From NCBI GenBank assembly GCA_965203295.1, contig CBDBCZ010000010.1, forward strand, positions 64,001 through 128,000: DNA of 64,000 nucleotides, read 5' to 3'. Shown piece after piece: positions 49,230-63,519 of the stretch. This DNA comes from Nitrospirales bacterium. GTDB taxonomy: Bacteria; Nitrospirota; Nitrospiria; Nitrospirales; UBA8639. The notes under the pieces are model-generated. The model searched no databases. It had not been told where the DNA came from and saw nothing but the letters and a program-made list of their open reading frames with translations. How positions within the stretch are numbered: position 1 is the stretch's first letter; each line of letters starts with the position of its first letter. The position numbers and the translations under genes are program-made.

Positions 49230-50100
49230 CCATTGAAACACAGCTTTCAATGTTTGGGGACCACCATCACCAAGACTGGGACCATTACAACGATGAGAAA
49301 GAGACACAGGGCTAGTACTTGTTGAGTAGGTGTGTGGATTTGTTCTCAGCTACCAAATTCCCAACAAACGCCCATGTTGCCTTGATTCTTTTCTTCACCC
49401 ACTTATTACTGAGATTGAGGACGGTTTCATCTCCGGTATACATACAGTAGCTTCCTTCTTATTGTCTCTATGGTCCTATTTTAAATGTACGCTTGTATAG
49501 GTTTTAAGGTGGACTGCAAAGGCAGTTTGGCAGGACTTCTACCTGGAATAGCTACCATTAGAACCCCAATCATCCTGTGGACTGATGATTATCCTGCACA
49601 ATGCGAAGTTGGAAAATTTCTCTGTAAGGGTGTTCATGCATGCATGTGATGTGAACTTGAAGGTGAGTGTGCATATCCGCCTTGAAGTTATACATGTCCT
49701 CATAAAATTATTGCCTGCGTACCTTTTTCTGCATGTGCACTGCAGAAACTCTACTGGATGGAACCACACAGTACTACTATGATGAGTTTCGCTACCATGC
49801 AAAGTACCCCTGGGCTTTATTACCTGTAACAAAAAAATCGAAGATGAAGAACGTATGACCGACCATCCATCGTACCTTGGCAAGAAACTCCGGATTTAGT
49901 ACTTTATCTATTTTGCGCCGATTGCAATGCTCTATATGAATTTGAAGTCACAACGGACTTAGTCTATGATGCAATGCACAACATACCCCTGAATGTGTGA
50001 GCCATCACTTGCATCGATACATTGATTCCAACATTGTTTCTATAAAAGATGTGGAAAATCGTCTGGTTGCAATGTCCTGAACTGCAGGTGAGCTCTTAGT
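49230..50100 (+). pseudogene. CACTA/EnSpm-like transposase fragment
   Basis: GFVLSYQIPNKRPCCLDSFLHPLITEIEDGF, IILWTDDYPAQCEVGKF..HAC and DLVYDAMHNIPLNV. Confidence 0.7.
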
Positions 50101-50249
50101 GCTAGCAGTGAATAGGGCAAGCTTCCGAGATGTAAATATTATTTTTGACTGTGAGCGTACCTCCAGTAATCTGAATTACTACTGTCTCCTGCTAGGCCCT
50201 ACTGCACTGCTGAATGCCCTGAGGGAAATCCCCTGAGGCGCTAGTAATG

Positions 50250-50890
50250 GCTCTAAGTAGCCTACTCCTGGGAACTACATTCACAGTTACGGAATTTTAT
50301 AACGCAGCTTCGGGAAGTAGGTTACCAGTAATGGCTCTCAATAACCCAGTACTGAGAACTACATTCCCAGTTATGGAAATTATTACCCAGCATAAGGAAG
50401 TAAATTCCCAGTAGTGGCTCTCAATAACCAGTACCGGGAACTACATTCCCAGTTTTGGAATTTTATAACCCAGCATCAGGAAGTAAACCTCCAGTAATGG
50501 TTCTCAATAACCCAGTACTGGGAACTAAATTCCCAGTTATGGAATTTATAACCCAGCGTCAGGAAATAAATCCCAGCAGTAACCCAGTACTGGGGAACGC
50601 ATTCCCCCTATGGAATGTATAACCCAGCGTTGGGAAGTACATTCCCAGTAATGACTCTCAATAACCCAGTACTGGGAAATACATTTCCAGCTAAGGAAAT
50701 ATATAACCCAGCATTGGGAAGTACATTCCCAGTATTGATCTCGATTAACCGAGTACTGGAGACTAAGTTCCCAGTTCTTAACCCAGTAGTGTGGAACTAC
50801 ACTCCCATTGTTTGAAGCAAATTCCCATCAATGGGATTCCACTTCTCAGTACTGGATATCGGTTCCCAACCATGAACTCAATATTGGGAA
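50250..50890. repeat. About 43-bp tandem repeat with internal dyads
   Basis: AACCCAGTACTGGGAACTACATTCCCAG.. in about 13 variant copies. Confidence 0.9.
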
Positions 50891-51529
50891 TTTCTTTGCC
50901 ATAATGTCACAAAACAATACCAGGACATAATCAGGATGACTGGTGGCAGTGTTAATGGCCTTCGCGACTCTGCACACACCCTCCACCTATGAAGATAAGA
51001 GTAGTAGACCATATTTGTAGAATTGTACATGAGTCCAACAGCATGCACTGCAGATATTCTCTTATCACCTAATTAGTGCTTACATTGTTACCCTGTGCAA
51101 TGACGAGAGGGAATCCACTGAAGTTTGGGATGACAGTCTCTACATCCACATGGGTCATTTCAAGTGGTATTAGGGGAAGAAATGCAGCGGCTCTCCTGCC
51201 TTCCGAAGTTTTGATCATTGTAAGACTGCATGGGATGTATATTGTATATATAGCTTACACCCTTTCTGCACATTACATATCCCATGCATTTTTAGGAGCA
51301 AATGAAGTATGCATAGATAATACATACTTACCTAATCGCTGTTTGGCAGTAGGATATCATTGCTAGCATGTCCTTTTCGAAAGGTAGCGAGAGAAACTTT
51401 TGACGAAGCTTATCTTCATCGGCAAATGTAGGGTAGAGGTGAGTTGCATCTTCCCATAAAGTTCTGGACATCATTCTGTGTTTACAAAAATATCTGGAGC
51501 AAAAAAAGATTTAGTACATGTAGTCAATA

Positions 51530-53745
51530 CAAGGCAAAACAATAAACGGAAAGAAGGCAAGTAAATAAATAAATAAAATACTCATGTTGCTGCCGTAGCG
51601 CTTACGCCATTGACCACGCACCCACATACGCAGGCGGAGCTTGAAAGATCTCCAGTCAGAGGACAAGAGCAACCAGATGTCTCACCATTACCATCCTGAT
51701 CACCATATAATTTATTCTTCCTAGTATCCCAGATTAATAAAATAAAACTCTTAACTAGCCTTAATAAAGCCTTAAAATCATATCTTTCCCAATTCTCACA
51801 CCCTAAAACAAAGCCCGTCCTCTCGAAATTATTGAGTGCACTAAACTCTTCAAAACTTCCACCCAACAGATTGTCTAAGTCTTCCATGAAAGTACCTCTA
51901 AAAGTATCATACGCAGGACACTCCCAGAGCACATGTACCACACTCTCACATTCATCCCCACACAACTTACACTGCCTATCATCATTTTTACCCCGATGCC
52001 TTCCTAACTCTTCATTCAGACCAATAGTACCAGACCTAAACTTAAACAACAATCGTGTTCCTGGATCCCCAACCCCCTGCAAGTAATTTTTAAATTCTAT
52101 TTCCTTACAAAAAGACTTGTAAAGACTAAGTTTAACTTTACTATTTAAGCCATCATTAAAATTTTTATATTCTCTGCATCTCAATGCTTCATCTACTCTC
52201 TCTAAAAACAAGTTTACATTATAATCTTCAGCTAGTATTTCCTGACTGTCTAGATTTAACTGCAACAACAATTCACTAGGTACTTTCCTCCAGGTCTTCC
52301 TCTGCCTACCCCTACACGGCTTCACTTCCCACTCACTGTCTAGAAGTAATCTAGGATATCTCTCAGCATTCAAACTATTGACTTTATACCACCACTTAAG
52401 TTTGCATCTATCCCTCCTGCCTTTCAAAGATTCTAACCCCATATCTCCCCTTACTGCTTCATTACACGTTTTAGAAGAGCAGCCAAGCATCTTTGTAGCT
52501 GCTCCTAGCTGAATAGATTCCAAGGAAGCTGTCTGCCTTTTATTACAAGCCCATACTTCACTACCATATTCTAAAGTAGGGCGAAGTACCGATACTAACA
52601 ATAATCTTCTTGCAACTGTACTGATATTCCTATTACTTAAAAACCTATGTAGTTGATTCAGTTTTTTCTTTCCATTATTTATTACCTTCTGTACATGACT
52701 ATCCCATGAACCATTCTTAGCAAATTCAATCCCCAAGTAGCAGTAACTTAAAACCTCCGGAATGTCTTTATCTCCCCACTTCCATGTACATGCACCTGTA
52801 TTAACCTCTTTAGAAAATACCATAACAGCACTCTTTTTTATATTAGATTTCGACCTCCATTTATTACAAAACCCCTGTACTTTATTAATCAAGGTTTGTA
52901 AGTCCTCAGCATTAGTAGTTAAACCTACAAAATCATCAGCAAACACAAGGTTTGTAAGTCCTCAGCATTAGTAGTTAAACCTACAAAATCATCAGCAAAC
53001 ATCAGACCCCCAACCTTAACATCCTTCTTAACAGTAATGCCAATCCCAGCCTTCTCAACCTCATCTAACAACTGATTAATAAAAATGGAAGAGGATAGGC
53101 AACATACTACAACCCTGTGCCACCCCCTGACCTATATTAAATCGCTCAGATACTTCTCCCTCCAGTAAAACAGCACTCTGTGTGATGTCATACATATTCT
53201 TAATAACTCTCCACATCCTACCCCTAACCCCAAGTTCCCATAACTTAAACCATAAACCATCATGCCAAACTGTCAAATGCTTTCTGAACATCTAAGAAAA
53301 AGCGTAAGTGTGCTTTCCTTCCCTCATTCTACCTTGTACAATTTTATTTAGAGTAAAGATGTTATCAACACAACTCCTTTTCTCTCTAAATCCTGCCTGA
53401 CCCTCATGAAGAGCCCTTTCTGCTTCTAATCTGCTTACTAAGCGATTATTTAGAATCTTGCAAAACAGCTTTCCTACCACATTCAATAGTGTAATGCCCC
53501 TGTAATTACCGGGGTCCTCAGCATCACCTTTTTTATACAAGCTAACAATTAACCCTTGTCTCCATTGTTTAGGAATGCTCTCCTTTGTCCAAACTACCCC
53601 ATACAAAACTTTCAACACATTAGCCATCCCTTTGCCACCGTACTTAAAAAGCTCCCCAACCAGCCCATCATTATTCTTTAGGCTTTTAGAACACTTTTTA
53701 ATTTCTGCATAACTAATCCCTCTATCCAAAACCTTATCCTTCTGC
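51530..53745 (-). mobile_element. 5'-truncated non-LTR retrotransposon (RTEX/L2-like), frameshifted RT
   Basis: NYRGITLL, QAGFR, GVAQGC, FADD, YLGI and C-terminal CKLC..ESVVHVLWEC. AT-rich 3' tail. Confidence 0.92.
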
Positions 53746-53779
53746 AAACTAGATGTCCGGAGGGTTAGGGTTATCTCAA

Positions 53780-56435
53780 TTGTGCTGAATAAATACAATA
53801 AAAAATAAATATATTTTTTGTAAGCAAGGCAAAGACAAAAGTGGAGCACAACAACAACGAAACAAAAAACAACCAACAAACAAACAAAAAAACAAAATAA
53901 ACAAAAGAATAAAACAAACAAAAACACAAACAAATAAAGAGACTAGATAAAGTCCTCAAGGTCCGCACCATGGCTGATGGTGCCCAGAACGGATGCCACA
54001 TTTCCCCTCTGGATGGCAACCGATAAGCGCTGGAGGAGGTAGGTTCTAGATCTGACCTCTCCTGTGACCTGCCGGACACGCTGGCCCAACTCTGTGAGAA
54101 ACTCTCTGGTCCTAGGTCCAAAGGCGCCCGAAGTCTCAATGGCCACTGGTACAAAGATGTGGCTGGTGGCCAGGTCGCGATACTTGACGTATTTCCTCTC
54201 CTCAGCCTGGGCAGCCACGGCCCCGGCTTCGCTGATGGCAGAGGCGGTGTAGGAGGGTGTGAAGGTGTCCGGGCATGTGGCATCCCAAACCAAAAGCTTG
54301 CTGTTTTTCCAGGGCACTACTGAGACACCATCTGACCGTTTCCCATCCGAACGAAAGAGGCCCGGGGGTTCCAGTCGTGAGGGAACTCTGGCCGACGACA
54401 AGGCACGGCAGATGATGTCACTAACAGCCGCATGACGATGATGGCGGCCCTCACTCCATCGGCAGCTGAGGCCATGAGTGGCGAGACAGCCTACTTCGGT
54501 ACCGCAGTGATGGCAGGTATGAGGCCTGCAGAGGGAGGATCCAAGACTGAGGCCAACCGCGACCCAAATGGTGTTGTTGTCCATTCTGAGACAAAGGGAG
54601 GAAATTGAAAGGGCATTAAGCCAAGCTCCTGACTCTCTAGCAGAGGCTGCCAAAAGACGGGCTCTTGATGTGGCATCAGGGGCACCTTCCAATAGGGCAT
54701 CTGCAGTTGCAGACACCTTGTGAGTGTCCCAGTTCTTCTGGCGGTGAGCAGCAGTGCCAACAGGAGGAAGCTGATCATGACCCTGTGACCACAGGGCAAT
54801 TGCGTCGGTCACATTGGGGAGCGGAGTGCTCTGGAGACACGGAGGGAGGATGCGATGGGCGAGGTAGAATGAGCCAGCAGCAGAAGCCAGAAAAGCAGAC
54901 AGTGCCAGCTGAACTGCACTCTGAAAACCAAGTCCACCGTATCTCAACGGAAGGGACGCTTGGATCCAGGCAGGGTCATTAGCAATGAAATGGATGTTGG
55001 TGATGGTAGACACAGTGGATCTGAGCTTCTCATCATATGACTTGAGACTGGGAGAGAGAAAGAAAACAGGGGGATGTTCTGAGGGTGTACAGGAGCTTTG
55101 GAATAGCAAAAGAGTGGCGAAGCAGTAGAATCGCGTCATGGGCCTCCAGGTGCTGGAGCCTGCTTCCCATTATCCCCAGGAGGCAAACTTTCTCGTCAAT
55201 GGTGTGGGAGACGGAGCCAATGTCACCAATGGGGGAACCCAGCAAACAGGCGTCCTGAGGGTCGACGACCCTGGCCCCAGGGATGGAGGACAGAATGGAA
55301 TTCCTTGTAGGCTGGTCACGGCAGATGACTTCCGATTTACGTTGGTTTAAAAGTAAACCCCACTCAGCTGCCTCCCGATCAACGACCTCCAAGTCGTGAA
55401 GGATATCTTCCAGGTCTCCTCCCAGAGTAGGTAGAACACACAAAACTCCGACTTCAACTGAGAATGGAGCGAAACAGGGAGACAGAAAAGGAGTGGGCCA
55501 AGAGGATCACCTTGCTGTACGCCCTCTGATGACTGGAGAGTCTTATCACCCCAAAAGAGGGAGGATGGTGAGGAGTAGGAGGAATGGATGAAGGGGAGTA
55601 AGTTAGGAGCCAGATTCTGTACAGCGAACAACATTTTGTCTCTTCGCACAGATTTGAAAGCATTCTTGAAATCCAACTTCAGGAGTGCTTGTTGAGGCTC
55701 GAGATTGTGCGGGTAGAGTCTAGCAGAATAGACCGCAGCTTCCGCCCCCCCCCCCCCCCCCCCCCCCTTGATACCAAATCCCAGCTGACGAGGGGCCAGC
55801 AGGGCGGCCATATCCTCAAGCACCCTCCCCGAGGCCACCTTAGCTGCAAGGCGCCGAAGGGTGCAGCCTACAGCAATGGGCCTCACTCCACCATCTTTCT
55901 TCTCCAGAGCAATCAGCGTGGCGCCAAAGAAGAAAGGGCAAATAGATGGAGGTGTCCTGCCTGCAAGAACCAAAGTGACAAAGGAGGCAAGGGCAGAGAG
56001 AAGAGAGTGGCCTCTGCCACCGGTAGCGGGGCCCACCAAGTCCTTCAAATGTTGAGGTCTCAAGCCATCCGGCCCCCCAGCTGAACCATTAGGAAATCGC
56101 GAACTAAAACGAAGCAGCCGGTCCCATGAGGCGTGGTCATTGACCCTAGCTACGTTCTCCAGGACCGAGGCCAGTTTCGCTCCCACGAGCTCTCTGGAGG
56201 CCCTAGGTATCCTCTTAATAATCTTGGCAGAGCACTTGGGAGGCAGCTGTGTCGGCTGCGTCGGCTGTAACGGCTGGGACGAACTTCCCCCCCTGGCGAC
56301 CGCGAAGATGGGAAGATGGCGGAAGGGGAGTAGGAGTAGGAGAGGCTTGGAAGCGCTACAACCGGAAATACAGCCGGACATGAGACAGTAGCCATGACTG
56401 CCAATCGAGAGAAGCGCCCAGAATGGGGTGTGGAT
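53780..56435 (-). mobile_element. Second CRE-clade RLE retrotransposon, frameshifted and internally deleted
   Basis: RPIAVG, LDFKNAF, GVQQGDPLGP, CHHC..HGLSC, RH, KRSDG..WDAT..E.RK and RLSVAIQRGN. T-rich 3' tail. Confidence 0.9.
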
Positions 56436-56754
56436 GCCACTACTGTTATTTTGCTCTGCTTGTGTGGCTGCCTAAGATTCTCTGGACTACATGTTTACTT
56501 TGCGCATGTATTGACCTCTGTACTGATATATAATTTATCAATATTCATAGCTTCCTGTACGGATATAACAACCACAAAAATGATGCTCTCGTGCGCTATT
56601 GTGCTAGTTCGCGCTGCAACTTGTCTGGTTGGTGCTTCCTTCTGGTGTTCTCAGTTTCTGTAGGTTCTCCATGTCTGTAACCCATTTGTGCATCTCCAGA
56701 GTCTATTCTAGACTGTAGCTACTGTCTATCACTCATCATACTCGGTGCTTTAGC

Positions 56755-59456
56755 CAAGGACACTTAATAAAAAACGTAGATAGGAAACGCCCCATTGCGC
56801 ACGTGTCCCAATCATTGTTGCGTGTGTACGGAGAGTATGCGGTAAGAGTACGGTGAAATTGATTCGAGATAGCTACAGTTGTGAAGATGAGCGTGTTTTT
56901 GAGCGGAATTATGTTCCTATGAGAGCCTCAGAGCGAAGAAGAGAACTACTGGAAGATACTGTGACCTAGTCTGGCGTGCAGAGCTGCCAGGTGAGGGTCT
57001 GAAGCTGGGAGGCCTTAGTTTCATCAAGGTGCCATTCCTTTATGCAGGAACGGTTAAAACTTTGTGTTAGTTGTACTGGTTCTGTACTTGAAATCTTTGA
57101 TTGAAACAAGCATTGAGCTAGTAGTACATCAAAATCCACTTGTAGTTTTCATTTTGGGACTGGATGGGGTTCATTCCAGGTGAGAATAGTCAAAAATGAC
57201 GGTTAATTAAGCAATTGTGTTTCATTTGTGTGAGGTTGCTGTAGCTGTACTAGCTCTATTCAATGCAACCCAACTTGTTTTGTGTTTTCAGGCAAGTACT
57301 AAACTCGGGGATATTGAATCTGAAATGATAGGTACTGGGTGGGGTTGCCTTGAATGTGCTGTACATGTACGCAGAATTGCAGCATCGTTATTACAAGGCT
57401 AACATTGCATAGAAGTAGTGTATTATCCTGCAGAGCTCTGCAAGGTTGGTTTTACAGCTTCAGTGTGTTAAGACCAATACCTGATGTTGTTTGCTGTCTC
57501 TTAGATCCAAGATGCCGAAGTACAAGGGCAGAGGCTGCCGCAGAATGCTGAGCGGAAGCACCAGATGAAGCAGAGGCTGGTAAAGAAACTGCAAACTGCG
57601 AGAGAGGAAGGTCGAATACCATTCAGTGAAGTTACGAATACAATCTCTCAGGCAAGCACCGTCAGTTAAGTTCCATCTGTCACTGTAAACATAGCTTGAG
57701 TTTTTTCCCGTGCACCCAATGCTGCGTTTGATGTGTTGTGGGTAGAGCTACAAAGGGCGCCACTTCCTGCAAACTGGTGTGTTCACCTCAACTTAAGTGG
57801 GGTTATACAGATTTACCAGATGAAGTATAGGCTTCCTGAACCTCCACTTGTAGCCTACTGCCTTTTGATTATGGTAGATCTTTCATGGAGAATGACGTAC
57901 CATGGGGAAAAGATTCCATCAAGTAGCCATTTCCTCGTCGCCTTCCAGCCTGAATAGCGTTGAGGAGGTTATGAAAGTTGCCCACACGGCTGAAACGGCT
58001 AAGACATGTGGTGGAAGTGCAGATGCAGATTTTGTTGCTCTTTGTGAGGGAAGGGGAAGGGCTATCAAAAGCACAGCTGGCAATAATATTGGCATATGTT
58101 GATACAGCAGTTGAGCCCCACACTATTCGACATACCAACTGCCATATTCTCTCCTCTTTTGAAGTTTGTGACGTCTGCCGTCGCTACAGAGGAACATTGA
58201 GGGCTCTGAAGTCAAAGGCAAAAGGTACAGTAGCAAACCTGTCCCAAAGAACAGCACACGACAGCCACACCAAAATCAGTTGCCTGAAAGAATACAGAGG
58301 TTGTCAAGAGGTTGCAGAATGTGCAAAGAGCCAAGAGGACTCTAACTAAAAGCAACCAGAGGCTGAGGAGGAGGCAAAAAACTGATTGAGAAGGAGGGAG
58401 TCCTACTGCATGAAGACGATGAGAGGGACATTGAAGCACTCTTCACTGAAGCCACAACAAGCTGAAGAGCAAGCGTTCCATGCGCTGGCACCCTCTCATG
58501 GTTCGATTCGCTTTCAATCGAAAGTACCTGTCATCAGCAGCCTACAGAGCAGTTGGCCAGTTTCTAGCTCTGCCATCCGAGAGAACATTACGGCACTATA
58601 CCCACTTTGAAAAGTTTAGTTCTGGAACATAACCATCTGTTGTCCACCGCCTCAAGGAAGACATGAACTTTGCAAAATGCACACCATCTGAGCGAAAAGT
58701 CGGTCTCACACAGTCTACTGGACAGTTGGTTGGGTTTGTCGACCTTGGCAAAGTCAATGAGGAACTGGATCGGCTCGCAGTGTCGTTCTATGAAGGTGAA
58801 CAGTAATTGTCTGAACCGCATTTAGCAAAGCAGATGCTTGTTTTAATGGTGCGAACGATATTCAAGCCGTCCTTTACATTTCCCTTATCTCAGTACCCTA
58901 CTGAAAATCTGACGGCTGTGAAGCTCTATCCAGTCATTTGGGAGACTATTGAAGCACTTGAGCTGAATGGTATCGCAGTTGTTTCCTTCACAAGTGATGG
59001 GTACTCTGCCAACCGCAAATTCTACAACCTTTGTGCTAAACAGGGACTTAAAACTGACGTTCCCTTCAAAATTCGGAATCCATACAGATCGTCTTTTATC
59101 TACCTGTTTTGTGATGTCCCCCACCTGTTGAAGACAGCAAGGAATTGCTTCAGCAACTCTATGGCCCACATGAAGAGTCACCGTTTGATGGTATGTGCAC
59201 CATATGTAGTTTCTCCTTTCTCTGCCTGTAACCTCTAATTAAAGCCCACCAACACATTTTTAGTGGCATTTCTACATGTTTGCTTGTTGTTTTGCACAGA
59301 AAAATGATCAGTTGGAAACACACTGAGCAGTTGCACTGAGAGTCTTTACTTAGAGGAGTCCTCATTTACCAATCCCGGTCTATGGCTGTGTCACAAATTA
59401 ACAAAGCATGGCTGACACCATATTCAAAAATGAGGGTCTACTTAGCAGCACAGGAA
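56755..59456 (+). mobile_element. P-element (THAP9-like) transposase relic with putative left end
   Basis: RWHPLM.RF, LALPSERTLRHY, GQLVGFVDLG, AKQMLVLMVR, SDGYSANRKF, CDVPHLLKTARNC and LTPYSKMRVYLAAQ. Possible terminus CAAGGAC at 56755. Confidence 0.88.
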
Positions 59457-59476
59457 TGACTGATTGCATGTAACTA

Positions 59477-60124
59477 CAGTGGAACCTCCGAATAGCTGAC
59501 GCGTTGGGACCATTGCTGTTGTTCCTTATTTGGAGGTTGAACCTTAAACGGAGGTCGTGCTTTAAATGACATTAAAGTGTGAGAAAAGCACATTAACACA
59601 TTATTATTACACAATTGTTGTAACTAGAGACTAAAGTACTCCTGTATGGTTCAATGTAAACAACTACTCAGTTTGGAAATAAATGATAATGGAGCTCTGA
59701 TTCACAGAGTCAGAGAAGTTCTTCAGGACATACACGCAGCAGTGCTGTGACTAGATGAAGAGACAGATTGGAGATGCCGAAACAGACTGGACAATGTGCT
59801 AGCACAATTAGTACTCGAGCGACCTGTTCACAGTACTGCATGTAATAGTTTCCGTAAAGTTACGCGGAAGCAATAATTATCTATGATATAATATAGTGTG
59901 CGTTATTCAGAATTCTAGTCGCTATATGGAGGTAAAATGTACAGTAATAGCGATTGCAGACGGCGTGGAGCGGTCGCTATCCGGACTTCAGAGGTTGTCC
60001 GCTACGGGGGGGGGGGGGGGTTAATATACAGTGTTAAATGCAAAAATGTTTTCGTATCCGAGGTAATGTCCGCTATATGGAATGAATCCGCTATTCGGGG
60101 GATCCGCTATCGGAGGTTTCACTG
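59477..60124. mobile_element. Tc1/mariner (pogo-like) MITE
   Basis: TA TSD with TIR CAGTGGAACCTCCGA.TAGC / GCTATCGGAGGTTTCACTG. Confidence 0.88.
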
Positions 60125-60149
60125 TAATTAGATCAGGGCTTCAAACATG

Positions 60150-61430
60150 CCACATTAACAGTTCTACCTTACTTTGTGTGTAGTGCTTGGCCTCTGGGTA
60201 GTTTTGTATGGAAAATGCTTCCCCAACATCAGGACTCACAGTTTTTCTCCCTTTATAGGATTTCAATATACTCGGACAGTCTCGACTAGCTTTGAGGTCC
60301 AATAATGGTTGAACCAACTGTACAAAAAGCTCCAATCGAAAGAGTCGCTGTGACTAGATTTTACTCTGTGGATTGTGTATACGAAAATTATTTAAGAGTT
60401 GATGATTGCTATATCTACAAGACGCCAGAAAAACTTTTTCCACCACTTGATGGTGCGTCTCTGGGTCAGAGAATAGTAAGAAAGTTGTTGGTCTGCTAGG
60501 TCAACTCCTCCCATAAACTGATTATAATCATGTATAGCTGTTGGACAAGGAGTTTGTACTTTGTCTCGACCTCCTTTGGGTCTTTTCATTACTGTGTAGA
60601 CTGATCTATTGTGCATTGAACTTAGAACATGGACATCACTCCAGAACATAGCTGTTACATCTTCAAATGTTGCGAATCGAAAGTTTCCTAATTCCAATAA
60701 TTTGGCCGACCATCCATCCTTGCTGAGGAATCCTTTGAACAAGTCACATCCATTAACTCTTTGCACGCGAAGTGCAGGAAAACATGCACGCGTTATTATG
60801 TTAGTCTACGCGAAGTGTAGGAAAACATGCATCCGGCATTAAACGAGTGTTGTAACCACAGTGCGGTGTAGAAGCCAGCCCACTTACGCTCGATGGACAC
60901 GTGGGGGCATCCCCCTTCTATACATACCTTGTGGGCGGCGTCAGTAGCAAACCACAAACTGCTGCAACCGGAAGTATAATATCGCGCGATGGCTGCCGAT
61001 CGAGAGAAGCGTCTTGAAACCGTAGAATCCGTGACAGTTCCTGTTTCTTGTGAATTGTGTAGGTGCCTAAGGATGTCTCAACCACTACTGCTTTGTTTTA
61101 CATCGCCTCGGCCCCCTGGCATACGTCCTGATGCCTTCAAACGGGTGAGAAATTCAAACGGCTCTACACGCTTAGGCATTTGCCGATTCTAGCTAGCTAA
61201 AAACAGCTTTCTACTTTAGCAATGACTTTATACGGCATTGCTAAGTTTAGTTAAAGCTTCTACACAAGCTTTTTAGGTCCAAATAAGCCATCAGAAAGCT
61301 GTGTCAATAGAAATCAACAACCGGAACAAAATTATTTCATTAATTACGCATCCACACCCATCCTACGTCATTTTACGTCGCGTGCAAAGAGTTAATACAC
61401 CAGCTGAATCTAGCTGTGTGGCCAGTGTCA
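60150..61430 (-). pseudogene. piggyBac transposase C-terminal fragment split by a MITE
   Basis: CPTAIHDYNQFMGGVDLADQQLSYY..KWWKKFFWRLVDIAIINS. Coding resumes (LATQLDSAGV) beyond the MITE. Confidence 0.85.
60757..61391. mobile_element. piggyBac-type MITE
   Basis: TTAA 60753-56 and 61392-95. Perfect TIR CTCTTTGCACGCGA. Duplicated subterminal ACGCGAAGTG.AGGAAAACATGCA. Confidence 0.9.
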
Positions 61431-61439
61431 GGGCTTCCC

Positions 61440-62670
61440 TTGAAAGTTAGGCAATTTCAGAGAGGTGTCAGCTCTTATTTTGTCTTCTTGGCAGAAAGCA
61501 ACTGAGACAGCATACTCATGCAGCTGGAGGCAATGAGTGGTAGTGTGCCAGATCTGGAGGCAGCTCGATTTGTGCCTCTCTGAATGCGATTCTAGATTTT
61601 CTGGCTAGTGAAAACAGAGCAATAAACTCCCATCACTCAACTGTTTCTGTGCCCCACATGCTGATTGATGAAATTGTGGTGGGGAAGCACCCACCTGTGA
61701 CTACGTTGTTGAAAGGAGTCTTAACAACTGGGCTTTGCAGCCTAGATACGCAGCTATATACACGGGATGTAGGGCAGGTATTGGAGAACAATGCTTCAAT
61801 AGGAAGGAATGAGAATCTCGGCTATCACACAAGCTTGCAATGTTTATGGCAGTATCTTATTATGCGAGCAGAGAATCAGAGATTTTTGCACACAATACTA
61901 GATTTTTTGAGCAGGAACGAAGGTGGTATCTCCTTTACCATCGCAGAGCTGACTAAGACAGCTCGTCCTGCCAAGAAGGCAATCTATCAAAGGGGAGAAG
62001 TTATGTCCAGATAGGGCACTGAATGAATACCTGTAGCATACCGATCGATCAAAAAGGGAAAACCAGTTGAGAACGCAGCTGTTCCTATCAGTGGTAAAGC
62101 CCTGTAGGGAAATCCACCATTGTGAGATGGATGAAACCAGTCATTCATGTGGCTGGAGTGGACAAACACTTCAATGCACACTTGATGAAAGGAGCAGCAG
62201 CGACAGCTGCCTTCATGCAGGAAATGTCACTGTCACATATCTTGAAGAGTGCTGACTGGTCTTCAGACAATGTTTCAAAACGTTTTGTAATAGACCATCA
62301 GAGCAGAGGCCAATAGCCATGCTCGATGTGATCATTAGGAAATAAGTAATGCACATTTTAGTTTTTAGCGTATGATTATTGGCATTGATTTTTTTGGCAT
62401 TCATGGAATTGATCTTTTTGCTTCATGGAGTTCAAATTTCATTTTTGGATATAAGTTGCCGAACATGATTTGGTGATACAGAATGAGACACATTTGGCTT
62501 TGAACAGCACATATTATATTCACAGCCCAATGCTCCAAAGTACAATTTATGATCTTGCAAGGGTCTGCAAGACCAGAAGTGAGGTCCAAATTGTATGAGC
62601 CGAGGGCGAGAATATGATAGTGCCTCCCTTGAGCATGAAAGCTCTAAAAATTTTGTCCCACCCTTATCAG
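61440..62670 (+). mobile_element. DIRS-type retrotransposon 3' part: degraded tyrosine recombinase and 3' region
   Basis: LILSSWQKATETAY, VGKHPPVTTLLKG, STIVRWMK..AGVD.HFNAH..KGAA and ILKSADWSSDNV.KRF. Confidence 0.8.
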
Positions 62671-63519
62671 ATACTCACTCCAAAGCAAACTAAAAGGGCG
62701 CCAAGACAGTGCCAATAAAATTTTGTGGTTAGGGGTCACGTGAATTCAATATTTTTTGTGAACTTGCTGTCATTGAAGGTAAACACATCATATTCTTGCC
62801 CTTGGCTCCTAATACAATTTGACCTCACTTTAGGTTGTGCAGACCCTTGCAAGATCATGAATTGCAGAGGTATCACTGGGACTTTCATAGGCAATAATTG
62901 ACACTGGGAGAAAGACCATAAGTACGTTAAAGTTGACATAGTAACCAAGAACTATAATTTACATGTTGCCTCTGACTGAGGGGTTGACAGCACTGTACAT
63001 ATCAATCCTCCACATTCCAATCAAGTACTGTAACATCTTGTATAATAGTACATTAAACCGACGAAATAGTTATACAGAGTATATATTACAGCAGTGACTT
63101 CATGCACGATATATGATTCACCGTCAGTGACTTTACTAACAGGGTACCCAACACTTAGGATGAAAGGGATCTTTGTTAATCCTACTGAGACTATTGTCTA
63201 GCTACCTCCAGACTTGTTTCCTCTCCAAAAGATCTTGACTGCTCACAACCTTTGGGCAGAGGTACCGATAAATTGCTGAAATAAAATAAGTCATGCATAA
63301 TTAGATTGTATATGCCATGTGATACAATGCAGTATGTCTAATGTCTAACAGGCCTCTCCTGGAGAAACTGGCTTTTTCTTGCCTACGGGGCCAAGGTATC
63401 CCACAGCTCCTATCACAGTTAATCGGATTGGTTCAAAGTGAGAATTTTAGTCATATGATACACAATCTGAACAAGGATCCGATTGGACAGATGACGTGAT
63501 CAGCCCCACTCCATACTAC

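Noticed and set aside
50890..51500. Minus-strand exon scraps possibly from a CACTA accessory gene
   Set aside because: Too degraded to support a call.
60989..61013. 25-bp near match to the CRE 5' region at about 56394-56418
   Set aside because: Similarity does not extend and it lies inside a piggyBac MITE; cannot be interpreted.
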